Below are positions 1-8,555 of a stretch of 64,000 nt of DNA, piece by piece. Source of the stretch: an uncultured virus (IMG/VR IMGVR_UViG_2778261060_000013). Taxonomy: Duplodnaviria > Heunggongvirae > Uroviricota > Caudoviricetes. The notes under the pieces were generated by a model. That model made no database searches and had not been told where the DNA came from. It was given only the letters and a program-made list of their open reading frames with translations. The position numbers and the translations under genes were made by a program. Every line of letters begins with the position of its first letter. Position 1 is the stretch's first letter. The stretch lies in the IMG/VR virus record IMGVR_UViG_2778261060_000013, one strand, 5' to 3'.

Positions 1-137
1 TCAAAGCAGGAGCGACTCCCCTAACTTAATTGAATATTACCCTGACTGCAAAAAAAGGATTGGTAAAATATGGAGATCTGTTTTTCAAAAATAAATTTTC
101 AAAAATACTCGTAATCGCCTATAATAAGATAGTAACA

Positions 138-368
138 ATGAAAAGATGTACCTCATGTAAGATAGATAAACCGTTCGAGGACTTTCGGAGGCAGTCTAAA
201 ACCAAAGACGGTTATAAATATAGATGTAAAGCTTGCGATAACTCGGCCGCTAGAGAATATTACCAAAGAAAAAAGAAAAAGATTATTGAAAACGCGCTAG
301 AATGGCAGAAAAATAACCCAGATAAGGTGAAAGAGTATAAAAAAAGATATTACAGCAAAGATAATTAA
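138..368 (+). CDS. Small Zn-finger protein (CxxC...CxxC, resembling the N-terminal finger of phage HNH/endoVII nucleases; no catalytic domain visible)
   Basis: MKRCTSCKIDKPFEDF...DGYKYRCKAC followed by a basic helix; ATG at 138 preferred over the track's TTG at 30. Confidence 0.65.
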   Translation: MKRCTSCKIDKPFEDFRRQSKTKDGYKYRCKACDNSAAREYYQRKKKKIIENALEWQKNNPDKVKEYKKRYYSKDN

Positions 369-542
369 TCTTTTTTACATTCGCCTTTGCAAGTATCTTC
401 GAAGCAGTCTTTATTCGTGCACATTATTTCATGTCCCTTTCAGAATTATACATTTTATATTTATTCCCATTAGGAAGTAGTATTTTTACAAAAAAATCCA
501 CTACGGTTAGTACATGATATATAAATTTACCAATTAACTCTT

Positions 543-863
543 TCATGGTTTATTATATCTTCGCGGCTTTGCATCACTAATCCTTTTAATACTAGTGACT
601 TCATAGCCCGCGTCTTTTACTATCTTAAGAATTTTCTGATTAGATATCCAATAAACTCTACCGGAGTCACTTTCTTTAAGGTCAACTAGAGCTAATTGCT
701 TCTTGACATCAAATTTAACGTCATTGACGTTAAATTGACGTTTAAATCCGCGCTTGATACCAATCCCGCAAGAAGAACACACTAAACCATTAATTTTTAT
801 CTCTAAATCATGATTAAAAGCTGAAAATGATAGAACGGCCGCTAGTAAAAGTGACTTAACCAT
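543..863 (-). CDS. Exported heavy-metal-associated (HMA) domain protein
   Basis: Signal-peptide-like MVKSLLLAAVLSFSA, then IxGLVCSSC (GMxCxxC-type metal motif) and a C-terminal IVKDAGYEV typical of HMA domains; start trimmed to ATG at 863. Confidence 0.75.
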   Translation of the reverse strand: MVKSLLLAAVLSFSAFNHDLEIKINGLVCSSCGIGIKRGFKRQFNVNDVKFDVKKQLALVDLKESDSGRVYWISNQKILKIVKDAGYEVTSIKRISDAKPRRYNKP

Positions 864-1149
864 TTTTCTTATCTTCGGCGTGGTGTTTGGCCAAGTCAAT
901 TTCAATTTGTCTTAACCTTGTGTTGAGATCTCTGATTGCTTGAGAATTGTCGGAAGTATCTTTTTGAAGTATGGTAATTTCTGTTATTTTCTTATCCATT
1001 TGAATCAGATGATCTTCCAATTTTTCAAACTCTATCTTACTTGGGAACAAAGTTTGAAGATAGGCTAGAATACCTATGCCGATAATGGGCGCGAACTTTA
1101 GAAAGCCATCTAAGTCCGCAAAGCTAATTTTTTTGTTGCCTTCACCCAT
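856..1149 (-). CDS. Membrane protein, one TM helix plus coiled coil
   Basis: FAPIIGIGILAYLQTLF followed by a heptad-rich helix; GTGTAA motif at 1167-1162. Confidence 0.6.
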   Translation of the reverse strand: MGEGNKKISFADLDGFLKFAPIIGIGILAYLQTLFPSKIEFEKLEDHLIQMDKKITEITILQKDTSDNSQAIRDLNTRLRQIEIDLAKHHAEDKKNG

Positions 1150-1269
1150 CTGCGAAAATAATTACACGTAATTTGTAAATACTTACCAAATTATATGGTA
1201 AATAGCGCCCAAAATAAAATAAAAAAATATTTTAAAGAAAAAAATCCTAACGTTTTTACAAATTTCACA

Positions 1270-1286
1270 TTGGCACGTTTCTTGCA
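1270..1286 (+). promoter_or_regulatory. Sigma54 (RpoN) -24/-12 promoter
   Basis: TTGGCACG-TTTC-TTGCA matches the YTGGCACG-N4-TTGCW consensus exactly, 15 nt before ATG 1301. Confidence 0.75.
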
Positions 1287-1300
1287 TAAAGATTTTAGTC

Positions 1301-1816
1301 ATGTTGACAAAAAATCTACTTAAAATTGGGCTGGTCGCGATTATTGCAGCAGCGTTAACCACCGTTCAGGCAAAACCTGATAAAAAGAAGGATAAGCCAG
1401 AAAAACCTCGTCCGGAAAAGAAAATTGACCGCGAAAAGATGAAGGAGCGCCTCAAGGCTGCTTTTGATAAGAGAAAGAAGCGTCGTGGCGACGCAAAGAA
1501 GCGCGGACACAAGGTTCATCATAAAGGAAGAGCTTTTGGCAAGTTGATTAGGGATGATGCCAAAATCAAGGAGCTTAGAGATGCATTTAAGAAGGCCGCA
1601 GATAAGCACTGGGCGGGTTTTGATAAAGATACATGGAAAGATGCCTCTGACGAAGAAAAGAAGGCTTTGAGAGAAAAATTGGCCGCTTCAAAGAAAGAGT
1701 GGATGGAGCAAATGAAATCTCATCGCAAAGAAGTTGGCAAACGGATTGCCGAGATCAGAGAGGAGTTCAAAAATAATCGCGACAAGGTTATCGACGGAAA
1801 TAAACCCGGAGAATAA
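1301..1816 (+). CDS. Secreted/periplasmic highly charged helical protein
   Basis: Sec signal peptide ending TTVQA, then a K/R/E-rich helical body. Confidence 0.75.
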   Translation: MLTKNLLKIGLVAIIAAALTTVQAKPDKKKDKPEKPRPEKKIDREKMKERLKAAFDKRKKRRGDAKKRGHKVHHKGRAFGKLIRDDAKIKELRDAFKKAADKHWAGFDKDTWKDASDEEKKALREKLAASKKEWMEQMKSHRKEVGKRIAEIREEFKNNRDKVIDGNKPGE

Positions 1817-1838
1817 TTGATTATATAAATTAAATTAA

Positions 1839-1866
1839 GCCACTCTCGAAAGAGAGTGGTTTTTTT
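1839..1866 (+). terminator. Rho-independent terminator
   Basis: GCCACTCTC-GAAA-GAGAGTGGT followed by a T tract. Confidence 0.85.
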
Positions 1867-1892
1867 GTGTAAAATTACTATAATACATAGGG

Positions 1893-2621
1893 ATGGCACA
1901 ATTAAACGCTAATACTCCTTACATTCAGTGTTACATCAGAAATAGTTATATATTCGGCCCCGAAGATACCGGATTGACCGAAGGTTATATATTTGGTGTA
2001 AAGTCTATGATCAACCGCCCTATGCACTTTCATTTTCAAGCGCAATTTGGGGCGGTTTTTTGGCAAATGCCGATTTCGGCGTTTTGTCATAAAGAGGACT
2101 ATGACGCGCTATCTGAAAACGAAGAAAAACGACTTTCTCTTTTGCAAACATGGGATTGTCAGGATAATGATATCGCAGTTACAACATTCGGCTTTCTGCA
2201 AAACCGCAGGGTTGACGTATTCTGCCGCGACAGAGTATGGCGTTCTGGTAAGTATGTTTTTACTATTGACGACTACGAGGGAGACCTTAATGAACTCAAT
2301 ATTGGGTACGCGAACGATCAGGATTCAAAATGCTACCACTTTTTGGAATTGGATGATGGAAACTATGCCATACCTCCCAATAATCTTTTGCGCTGGCATA
2401 ATCCTGACTTTATTGTACCGTACTCTAAAGATGAACCCCCTAAAGTAAAGATATTTAATAATCCTCTTACTTCAGAAGATATAGATAGATCATATGGTAA
2501 TAGCCCTTATTTTTTTTATAACCATTATCCGGAAGAAGATAAAAAAGAGACTGAAAAGCATTCTCCGCTAAGATCTAAAATTTACAGAGAAGACAACATT
2601 CCAGAATATCCATCAGCATGA
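1893..2621 (+). CDS. Conserved hypothetical phage protein
   Basis: 242 aa; MAxLNANxP start and GAxFxxxPISAF motif resemble a family I recall from aquatic phages; function unknown. Confidence 0.6.
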   Translation: MAQLNANTPYIQCYIRNSYIFGPEDTGLTEGYIFGVKSMINRPMHFHFQAQFGAVFWQMPISAFCHKEDYDALSENEEKRLSLLQTWDCQDNDIAVTTFGFLQNRRVDVFCRDRVWRSGKYVFTIDDYEGDLNELNIGYANDQDSKCYHFLELDDGNYAIPPNNLLRWHNPDFIVPYSKDEPPKVKIFNNPLTSEDIDRSYGNSPYFFYNHYPEEDKKETEKHSPLRSKIYREDNIPEYPSA

Positions 2622-3154
2622 AAACATTATTAGTTGCAGCATTATATAAAGAAATTCACACGATCAGCTGTCCAAGATTACTAATAACAGGAATAGGTAA
2701 AACAAATGCGGCTTTGAAGCTGTCTAAGTATCTCGGCGAGAACCCTGAAGTAGAGAGAGTTATAAATTTTGGCACGGCTTGTGGCATCAACTATAAGATA
2801 GGCGATGTTATAGAATGTACAGAGTTTATTAACGGCGGTTTCTCTTATCCGGGTATAGATGACAACCCAGACGACAAAGTGATCGAGACGGCCGATTATG
2901 GCTCATCAGTGGCATCTTTTGATTCGTTCGTAACAGAGTTCCCAGAAGAAGCTTGGGACAGAGCTATTGATTGTGTGGATATGGAAGCTTACGCATATGC
3001 TAGAGTGTGCGCAGAGTTTGGCGTAGAGTTTATATGCCACAAATACATCACAGACTCCTGCGAAGAAGACGAGCAAGAATCTAATTGGGAAGAAAGAGTG
3101 TCAGATGGCTCTAACTTGTTTGAGATAGTTTGGGAAAACGTAAGAAAGTCTTAA
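2618..3154 (+). CDS. MTA/SAH nucleosidase-like (purine/uridine phosphorylase superfamily) protein
   Basis: TGIGKTNAA, VINFGTACG, VDMEAYA and KYITD motifs. Confidence 0.8.
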   Translation: MKTLLVAALYKEIHTISCPRLLITGIGKTNAALKLSKYLGENPEVERVINFGTACGINYKIGDVIECTEFINGGFSYPGIDDNPDDKVIETADYGSSVASFDSFVTEFPEEAWDRAIDCVDMEAYAYARVCAEFGVEFICHKYITDSCEEDEQESNWEERVSDGSNLFEIVWENVRKS

Positions 3155-3504
3155 GCTGTTACTTCTGGAGATACTCTAACTAAACCTTGCTGTATACGGG
3201 TCACATTTGAACCACTAGTGACTTCTACATCATATCTTAAGTCACCAACAATTAAATCGGCCGTTTGAGTTGCGGTTAGTGACAAGTCAACTAATCCGCT
3301 GACATAAGCAGCGCCGTTTGTACCAGACTGGATACTAGCGGTGAAATCTACTAGGGAAGTACCTGTACTATAGTTGTATTTGATTTTACCAGCTACGGTG
3401 TGGCCAGTAAGGTTCAGCAGGTTGCCATCAACATCATAACCAGTTATAGTGGTAGAAAACGTTGACCCTTGATCTATTAGTAAATTTGATTTTGTATATG
3501 CCAT
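3151..3504 (-). CDS. Virion structural protein (Ig-like adaptor family)
   Basis: IDQGSTF...NLTG...LSLTATQT...YDVEV...RIQQGLVRVSPEVT pattern typical of small virion proteins of aquatic phages. Confidence 0.65.
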   Translation of the reverse strand: MAYTKSNLLIDQGSTFSTTITGYDVDGNLLNLTGHTVAGKIKYNYSTGTSLVDFTASIQSGTNGAAYVSGLVDLSLTATQTADLIVGDLRYDVEVTSGSNVTRIQQGLVRVSPEVTA

Positions 3505-3506
3505 TC

Positions 3507-3827
3507 TTATCCTCCTATTGCGAAAGCAGCTGCTTCGGGCGCGTCTGAACTAGACTCGCCTATTGACCACCACATTCTAAATTTAGTCGTGCTATAATTT
3601 CCTACTTCCAGACCTGAGTTTTGGCTTCCTTGCTGTGAGGATCCAAATGCTGCATACTCATCATTAGGCAAGGCAGTATCAAAGTTGACATCGACATAAC
3701 TACCACCGTCAGTTATAGAAGAAACGTTATAACTTCTATTTACTGCGCCTGTACCCGGATAAGTATAAAAACTTACCCATGCCTTGATAGAGTCTTTTTT
3801 GCCTTTGTATACGTCGTTATATGCCAT
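3507..3827 (-). CDS. Stand-alone fibre-tip domain (KAW...SYNVSSITD family)
   Basis: IKAWVSF...SYNVSSITD...VNFDTAL matches the C-terminal domain of the LamG cassette proteins in this window. Confidence 0.7.
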   Translation of the reverse strand: MAYNDVYKGKKDSIKAWVSFYTYPGTGAVNRSYNVSSITDGGSYVDVNFDTALPNDEYAAFGSSQQGSQNSGLEVGNYSTTKFRMWWSIGESSSDAPEAAAFAIGG

Positions 3828-3840
3828 ATTTAATATTAAA

Positions 3841-4182
3841 TTATGATTGGTCGCCTAAAACACATTGCATAGAGATGTTGTCTAAATCGTGGTATCCCAC
3901 ACCATTTCTCCAAGAATGCACCTCTACATAGGTGGAAGTGCGGCTTGCGATACCTATAAACCAGCCATTGTCAGAGTTATCATTTTTGGTCCCGACTGTA
4001 ACAGTATAAGGAACGTTACTGCCTAGTCCTACGATAGCGTTTGCAAAGTTAACTCTCCATTTGCCCGTAGCGACATCAGTTAGAGACCCTATATTTATCT
4101 CGCCGTTGGTGCTTCCGCTACTTTCCATATTGAGTTGGCAAGCTGCAAATATAGCTTCTTTATATCCTTTGTAAGCGCTCAC
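3841..4182 (-). CDS. Divergent stand-alone fibre-tip domain
   Basis: NIGSLTDVATGKWRVNFANA aligns with NVSSITDxxTGxYxVNF; GTGTAA motif 16 nt upstream. Confidence 0.6.
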   Translation of the reverse strand: MSAYKGYKEAIFAACQLNMESSGSTNGEINIGSLTDVATGKWRVNFANAIVGLGSNVPYTVTVGTKNDNSDNGWFIGIASRTSTYVEVHSWRNGVGYHDLDNISMQCVLGDQS

Positions 4183-4201
4183 TTTTCAATAATTACACTA
4201 A

Positions 4202-4228
4202 AAAGCCCCGCCGTTTTGACGGGGCTTT
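4202..4228. terminator. Intrinsic terminator, probably bidirectional
   Basis: AAAGCCCCG...CGGGGCTTT hairpin with A/T tracts on both sides. Confidence 0.75.
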
Positions 4229-4247
4229 AATGTATTTAAACTTATTA

Positions 4248-4484
4248 TTACGGAATCAAAGATTCCAGTATTTTATCTTTGGCTTTATCTTTGGCTTTTT
4301 CTGCTGCCTTATCCACCACTTCGTCTACGGCGGTGTCTACTGCCTGTTTCACGACTTTCTCTTTAAGCTCCTGCCCAAAAGACTTCTCTACTACGTTAGT
4401 AGTTACCGGAGTTTCTGGGGTAGCTTCATTGTCTTTGCAGGCGACAGTCAAAGCTATTGCGGCCATTAAAGCGTATTTTTTCAT
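4248..4484 (-). CDS. Lipoprotein
   Basis: MKKYALMAAIALTVAC lipobox; start reassigned to ATG 4484, 16 nt after GTGTAA (4500-4495). Confidence 0.75.
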   Translation of the reverse strand: MKKYALMAAIALTVACKDNEATPETPVTTNVVEKSFGQELKEKVVKQAVDTAVDEVVDKAAEKAKDKAKDKILESLIP

Positions 4485-4634
4485 ACAGTATATATTACAC
4501 TNATTTANNCAACGGAGGTTTGCTAAGTCTAGCAATGTGTAAATAATAGTATGAAACGTAAAAANTACGANATTATACCAGAAGATTGTGAGGANNTCTA
4601 NATGGTTTGGTTTTGGTAATGTGTAATTAANNAT

Positions 4635-6185
4635 ATGGGAGAACTACATACTTTTGCGTGCGCTGGGAACTTAAAAGGTATAAAGAAAGCTCTGGCGAAT
4701 AAAAAACTGCTCCTCGCTCTAGACAAAGAGAAAGGCTGGAGCCCGCTTCATTACGCTTCTCATTATAGCAAAGCTAAAATAGTCCAAGTGATACTAGACG
4801 CAGGAATTAGCCCAAATATAAAAAGCAGCCCGCCCCAAGGCAAAAAGCAGAATGATTGGAATCTAGCTTTAGAAGATAACAAAGAAAACAAGATTCCCAT
4901 AGTATATCCGATGGACGTGGCTGAAGGACCTTTCCGTACTAAAATAATAAATAATCTTATAGCTAAAGGTGGAAGATTCTATGGAGAGGACTTAAGCTTA
5001 CATCAAGCTGTACAAATGCAGGATATTGATGAAATAGAATGTTTGTTGGAAGACGACGGCGTAAAAATAAACGCTAGAGACATAAGAGGCTGGATGGCTA
5101 TACATTACGCAGTAGAAGTAGGTAATATGGAAATACTTAAATTACTTGTCGATAATAAAGCTAATGTAAACGGTTCAACATTTGAACCGGAGCTAGACCA
5201 ACTTAATCCTTGGGAGATAGCTAATGATAATGAAAACGAAGAAATGTTAAAGTATCTAGTTTCAAAAGGCGCGATGAAGCATAGCTCCAGAGGTCAAGTA
5301 AAATATAAAAAATCTATAGACCAAGTTCAAGTCGGCGGGAATAGTGAACCAGAATTTAAAGGTTATGAATACGAGGACACTCCTAAGCAGCCAGAAGGAC
5401 TACTGGGCAAATTATTCGAGTCTAAATCTGACAAAATAAAGAGACTAGAGGCGGCAGCCGCGCAGATGAAACAAAAAGAGGATCAGGCCGCCGAAGTTAG
5501 AAAGAAAATCCAACAAGAAGAAGAAAAAAAGAAAAGACAGCGAGTTATTAAATGGAAGTGGGGAGAAGACCCTTTTAAACTGAAAGGAGAGTCTTTGGTT
5601 TACGATAGCCCCTGCGAAGCCCATACATATTTCATGGATATTGTCGGGTACTCAAAAAAGAGTACAGCCGAACAGAAAAAAGTCACAGACGAGCTCATAT
5701 CTTACGTTAAAGGCACTGAAGGATTCCAACAGGCAAACAGACAGGGTAAGTTAATAATATTGCCTACAGGGGACGGTATGGCGCTCGTATTCTTTAATTC
5801 TGTCCACGCTGCGTTCAAGTGTGCGGTGGATGTCGGAAAAAAGACCTATAAGCACCCACAGATAGGATTGCGCAACGGAGTCTACTCTGGTCCTGTTGTT
5901 CCAGTTAAAGATATCAACGACAATCCAAATGTTTCTGGTTCAGGTATAAATATGGCTCAGAGATGTATGGACGCTGGAGATAACGACCACATACTAATAT
6001 CCAACGGAGTACATCAATATGTTAATCAAATGGACATTCCGGGATTAAAGTTTGACGACTGGGGTCCAGTTATAGTAAAACATGGCTCGACAGTTCATAT
6101 GTGGACTGCCTACGGCCCTAACTTTGGCAGAACTGAATTTCCGGATTGGAGAGGTACAAAGAAAGCGGAGTTTAAAACTGAATGA
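4635..6185 (+). CDS. Ankyrin-repeat + coiled-coil + class III nucleotide cyclase protein
   Basis: Ankyrin motifs GWSPLHYA, LSLHQAV, GWMAIHYAV; cyclase motifs FMDIVGYS, PTGDGMALVF, LRNGVYSGPV, GINMAQR. Confidence 0.85.
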   Translation: MGELHTFACAGNLKGIKKALANKKLLLALDKEKGWSPLHYASHYSKAKIVQVILDAGISPNIKSSPPQGKKQNDWNLALEDNKENKIPIVYPMDVAEGPFRTKIINNLIAKGGRFYGEDLSLHQAVQMQDIDEIECLLEDDGVKINARDIRGWMAIHYAVEVGNMEILKLLVDNKANVNGSTFEPELDQLNPWEIANDNENEEMLKYLVSKGAMKHSSRGQVKYKKSIDQVQVGGNSEPEFKGYEYEDTPKQPEGLLGKLFESKSDKIKRLEAAAAQMKQKEDQAAEVRKKIQQEEEKKKRQRVIKWKWGEDPFKLKGESLVYDSPCEAHTYFMDIVGYSKKSTAEQKKVTDELISYVKGTEGFQQANRQGKLIILPTGDGMALVFFNSVHAAFKCAVDVGKKTYKHPQIGLRNGVYSGPVVPVKDINDNPNVSGSGINMAQRCMDAGDNDHILISNGVHQYVNQMDIPGLKFDDWGPVIVKHGSTVHMWTAYGPNFGRTEFPDWRGTKKAEFKTE

Positions 6186-6259
6186 GACTATTAACAGACA
6201 TCACAAAAGCAATTATAGCTATGCTTATAGCGTTTTTAATATATTATGCAACAGCATGA
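6182..6259 (+). CDS. 25-aa single-TM microprotein (absent from the ORF track)
   Basis: MRLLTDITKAIIAMLIAFLIYYATA; ATGA overlaps with both neighbours. Confidence 0.55.
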   Translation: MRLLTDITKAIIAMLIAFLIYYATA

Positions 6260-6522
6260 ATCTTGACAAAGAAATAAAATTTTTAGAAAGGTGGACTTTG
6301 CGTATTCCGATAGGTGGATTGATTTTATGCTTCATTCTTCTTTTTCTTTCTACTGGCTGCAGCGGTACTTGGGTGTGGCAGGAAGACTATCCTAAGCATA
6401 GAACGATGTCTTTTAAATGTCCGCGCTGGAACTACGACGAAGCCTATGACGAGCTTCACCACATTTATACAACTAGACAACATGAACGAATCAAAATTAA
6501 TGACAAGAAGTCAAGTAAGTGA
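6256..6522 (+). CDS. Putative lipoprotein
   Basis: Hydrophobic stretch ending LLFLSTGC; start at 6256 by ATGA coupling. Confidence 0.55.
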   Translation: MNLDKEIKFLERWTLRIPIGGLILCFILLFLSTGCSGTWVWQEDYPKHRTMSFKCPRWNYDEAYDELHHIYTTRQHERIKINDKKSSK

Positions 6523-6715
6523 AGAGCTTCTAAAAAGAGGTTATACTAAAAATGAATACCCCGGTGTTTGGGACACTCCAGATGGAGGAAAGGCGGCTTG
6601 GTTTATAGCCGCGAAAAGAGAGGGATTAGATTTTGATAGAAAAAGTTGGGGGCCAGAAATAACTAAAGCCAAACAAGAGTGGAGGGAGAAAAAGAAAAGT
6701 GGCCGCGCAATTTAA
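6482..6715 (+). CDS. Hypothetical protein
   Basis: ORF in an operon-like run; no recognised motif. Confidence 0.5.
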   Translation: MNESKLMTRSQVSEELLKRGYTKNEYPGVWDTPDGGKAAWFIAAKREGLDFDRKSWGPEITKAKQEWREKKKSGRAI

Positions 6716-7055
6716 TACTTATATAAAAGAGCTTCGGTCAAAAAAGTTCAAGCAGATTCCAAAACTAGCTGCGATTCTAAAAATAAAATATGAAATGTGG
6801 AGGAAAATAGAAAGAGGTATTAATCCACCTCCTAAAAAAAGTCTGTTAGTTAAGTTTTGCAACTTAGTAGGAGCTAAAGAATACGAAAAGAACCAACTTT
6901 TCACATTAGCTAAAAGATGGACGCCTCACCCAGACACAGGATCTTTAAGGCACCCGGTTTATCACGAAGGGCTAGACAGAGATTGGACCGAGGCAGTCTT
7001 AGCAGAAAATACCCCTGACTATACTATTCCTAAAGAATGGTCTAAATCAAATTAA
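6699..7055 (+). CDS. XRE-family helix-turn-helix regulator
   Basis: IKELR...LAAILKIKYEMWRKIERGINPPP...LVKFCNLVG. Confidence 0.7.
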   Translation: MAAQFNTYIKELRSKKFKQIPKLAAILKIKYEMWRKIERGINPPPKKSLLVKFCNLVGAKEYEKNQLFTLAKRWTPHPDTGSLRHPVYHEGLDRDWTEAVLAENTPDYTIPKEWSKSN

Positions 7056-8011
7056 CTATCAGGGAAAGCTGAAGAGGGAGCAGTGAAAGCTGCTGTGTAT
7101 CTAGCGACACCTTTTGTAATTCTTATTTCGTCAATGTAGCCGCCAAAATAATCATTACCCCCGTCATATTCTTTTCGACCTATATTAATACTATCGTTTA
7201 GACCACAGGGTCCTGACGATGTCGCTGATGCCTCCTCCGAACCGTTTATATATAATTTACAAGACGTACCGTTTCTTACAGCTGCAAAATGATACCAAGT
7301 ATTAGTCGAAAGTGTTGACGAGCTTAACAAAAGTACTCTCCCGCCAGATGTCTCAAAGTCAAATCTAAATTTACCTGAAGTCAAAACAAAAGCTTCCCAA
7401 GCACCCACAGAAGGGGTTGCAGTTGGCCACTGAGACATTACGGTGCGATGATCGTCCAAATTTTCAAACCTAAACCATCCTTCGTAGGTAAAGTCTCCTG
7501 AACCCATTTGAAAATCTGAGCTAGACGCAATATCTAAGAAATCATTTACTCCATCAAATTCAGCACTAGCTCCGCCGAATTTAGATTGAGTTGTAGATAT
7601 AACTGCGCCGCTTCTAGAAACGGATCGGGAATCGGGACCGCTATCGGTAAATGTCGTAGAGCCATTAGATCCGTCAAAATGCAATAACGCTAATATAGAG
7701 GAGAAATGTGGGTCCCCGCTACTACCGCCCGGAGTCCCCTCGTAAAGCCCAGTTAAAGTTATAGGTCTAAATGAACCATCAACAGAATCACCAATTAAAC
7801 TATCTAGCCCAGCATAATGCAACGAGCTGTAATACACTCTACCTAAATGATTTCTAAGAAAAGCGTCGTCAGTAGCATCTCCAGAAGTCAAGACTCCCGT
7901 GATGTAAGGTTTGTACCCTGTCAACTCGGCTTTATTTGGCGCCGAGTGAATCATATTGAGAAGAGTAGTTTTCCCCTCGCCGTTATAAGTTGGATTAGTT
8001 CCTTGGCTCAT
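7052..8011 (-). CDS. LamG/concanavalin-A-like domain virion protein
   Basis: DPHFSSILALLHFDGSNGSTTFTD, QSKFGG, DFTYEGW, WYHFAAVR, GYIDEIRITKGVARY. Confidence 0.8.
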   Translation of the reverse strand: MSQGTNPTYNGEGKTTLLNMIHSAPNKAELTGYKPYITGVLTSGDATDDAFLRNHLGRVYYSSLHYAGLDSLIGDSVDGSFRPITLTGLYEGTPGGSSGDPHFSSILALLHFDGSNGSTTFTDSGPDSRSVSRSGAVISTTQSKFGGASAEFDGVNDFLDIASSSDFQMGSGDFTYEGWFRFENLDDHRTVMSQWPTATPSVGAWEAFVLTSGKFRFDFETSGGRVLLLSSSTLSTNTWYHFAAVRNGTSCKLYINGSEEASATSSGPCGLNDSINIGRKEYDGGNDYFGGYIDEIRITKGVARYTAAFTAPSSAFPDS

Positions 8012-8016
8012 TTAAA

Positions 8017-8511
8017 TTATTTCCTTGTAGTTCTTTTGTTGTTTTCTTTCTCAACAACTTCTACTTTCATAGGTGACTGCGGTAGAGGTACTTCTTCCCA
8101 GCCTACAAATCCCGGATCGCTAGCTTTAGGTAAATATGGCTCTCCGCCATTCTTAGGAAGAGTCTTTTCAATCGTAAGTTGTTTTAACTGTTCGTTAGGC
8201 ACCAACATCTTAGTTTTGCGATCTGTCATGTAAAAAACCGTATTACGAATTCCGACGCGAACTATACGCGCTTGTCGTCCAGAAATATAAATGATGTCAT
8301 CATTATTAAAATCATTTCCCATAAACACGAGAACACCTTGAACAAAATTCATAATCATGTCTTTCGCCATAATTGTTATTATCGCAACGAGAAGTAGCCA
8401 GCCGTAATCACCCACCATTTGCTGAGCGAATGTTTCTGCTTGCTCTTTTGAAATACCTTCCCCTATAACGTTAACGACGTCCGAAGGTTGAATGTTTGTA
8501 ATCCCGTTCAT
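8017..8511 (-). CDS. Minimal MscS-family mechanosensitive-channel-like protein
   Basis: TM helix, AKDMIMNFVQGV, FNNDDIIYI, IVRVGIRNT, MLVPNEQL resemble the MscS TM3/beta-domain; start at 8511, after GTGTAA 8531-8526. Confidence 0.65.
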   Translation of the reverse strand: MNGITNIQPSDVVNVIGEGISKEQAETFAQQMVGDYGWLLLVAIITIMAKDMIMNFVQGVLVFMGNDFNNDDIIYISGRQARIVRVGIRNTVFYMTDRKTKMLVPNEQLKQLTIEKTLPKNGGEPYLPKASDPGFVGWEEVPLPQSPMKVEVVEKENNKRTTRK

Positions 8512-8525
8512 AACTTTTATAGTAA

Positions 8526-8545
8526 TTACACGAAAACAAGTGTAA
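8526..8545. promoter_or_regulatory. Back-to-back divergent GTGTAA motifs (putative phage promoters)
   Basis: TTACAC at 8526-8531 and GTGTAA at 8540-8545, 20 and 16 nt from the divergent ATGs at 8511 and 8556. Confidence 0.7.
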
Positions 8546-8555
8546 AATATAAACG

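Noticed and set aside
712..736. Perfect 12-bp inverted repeat AATTTAACGTCA-T-TGACGTTAAATT
   Set aside because: Inside the HMA coding sequence, single occurrence; cannot be supported as an operator
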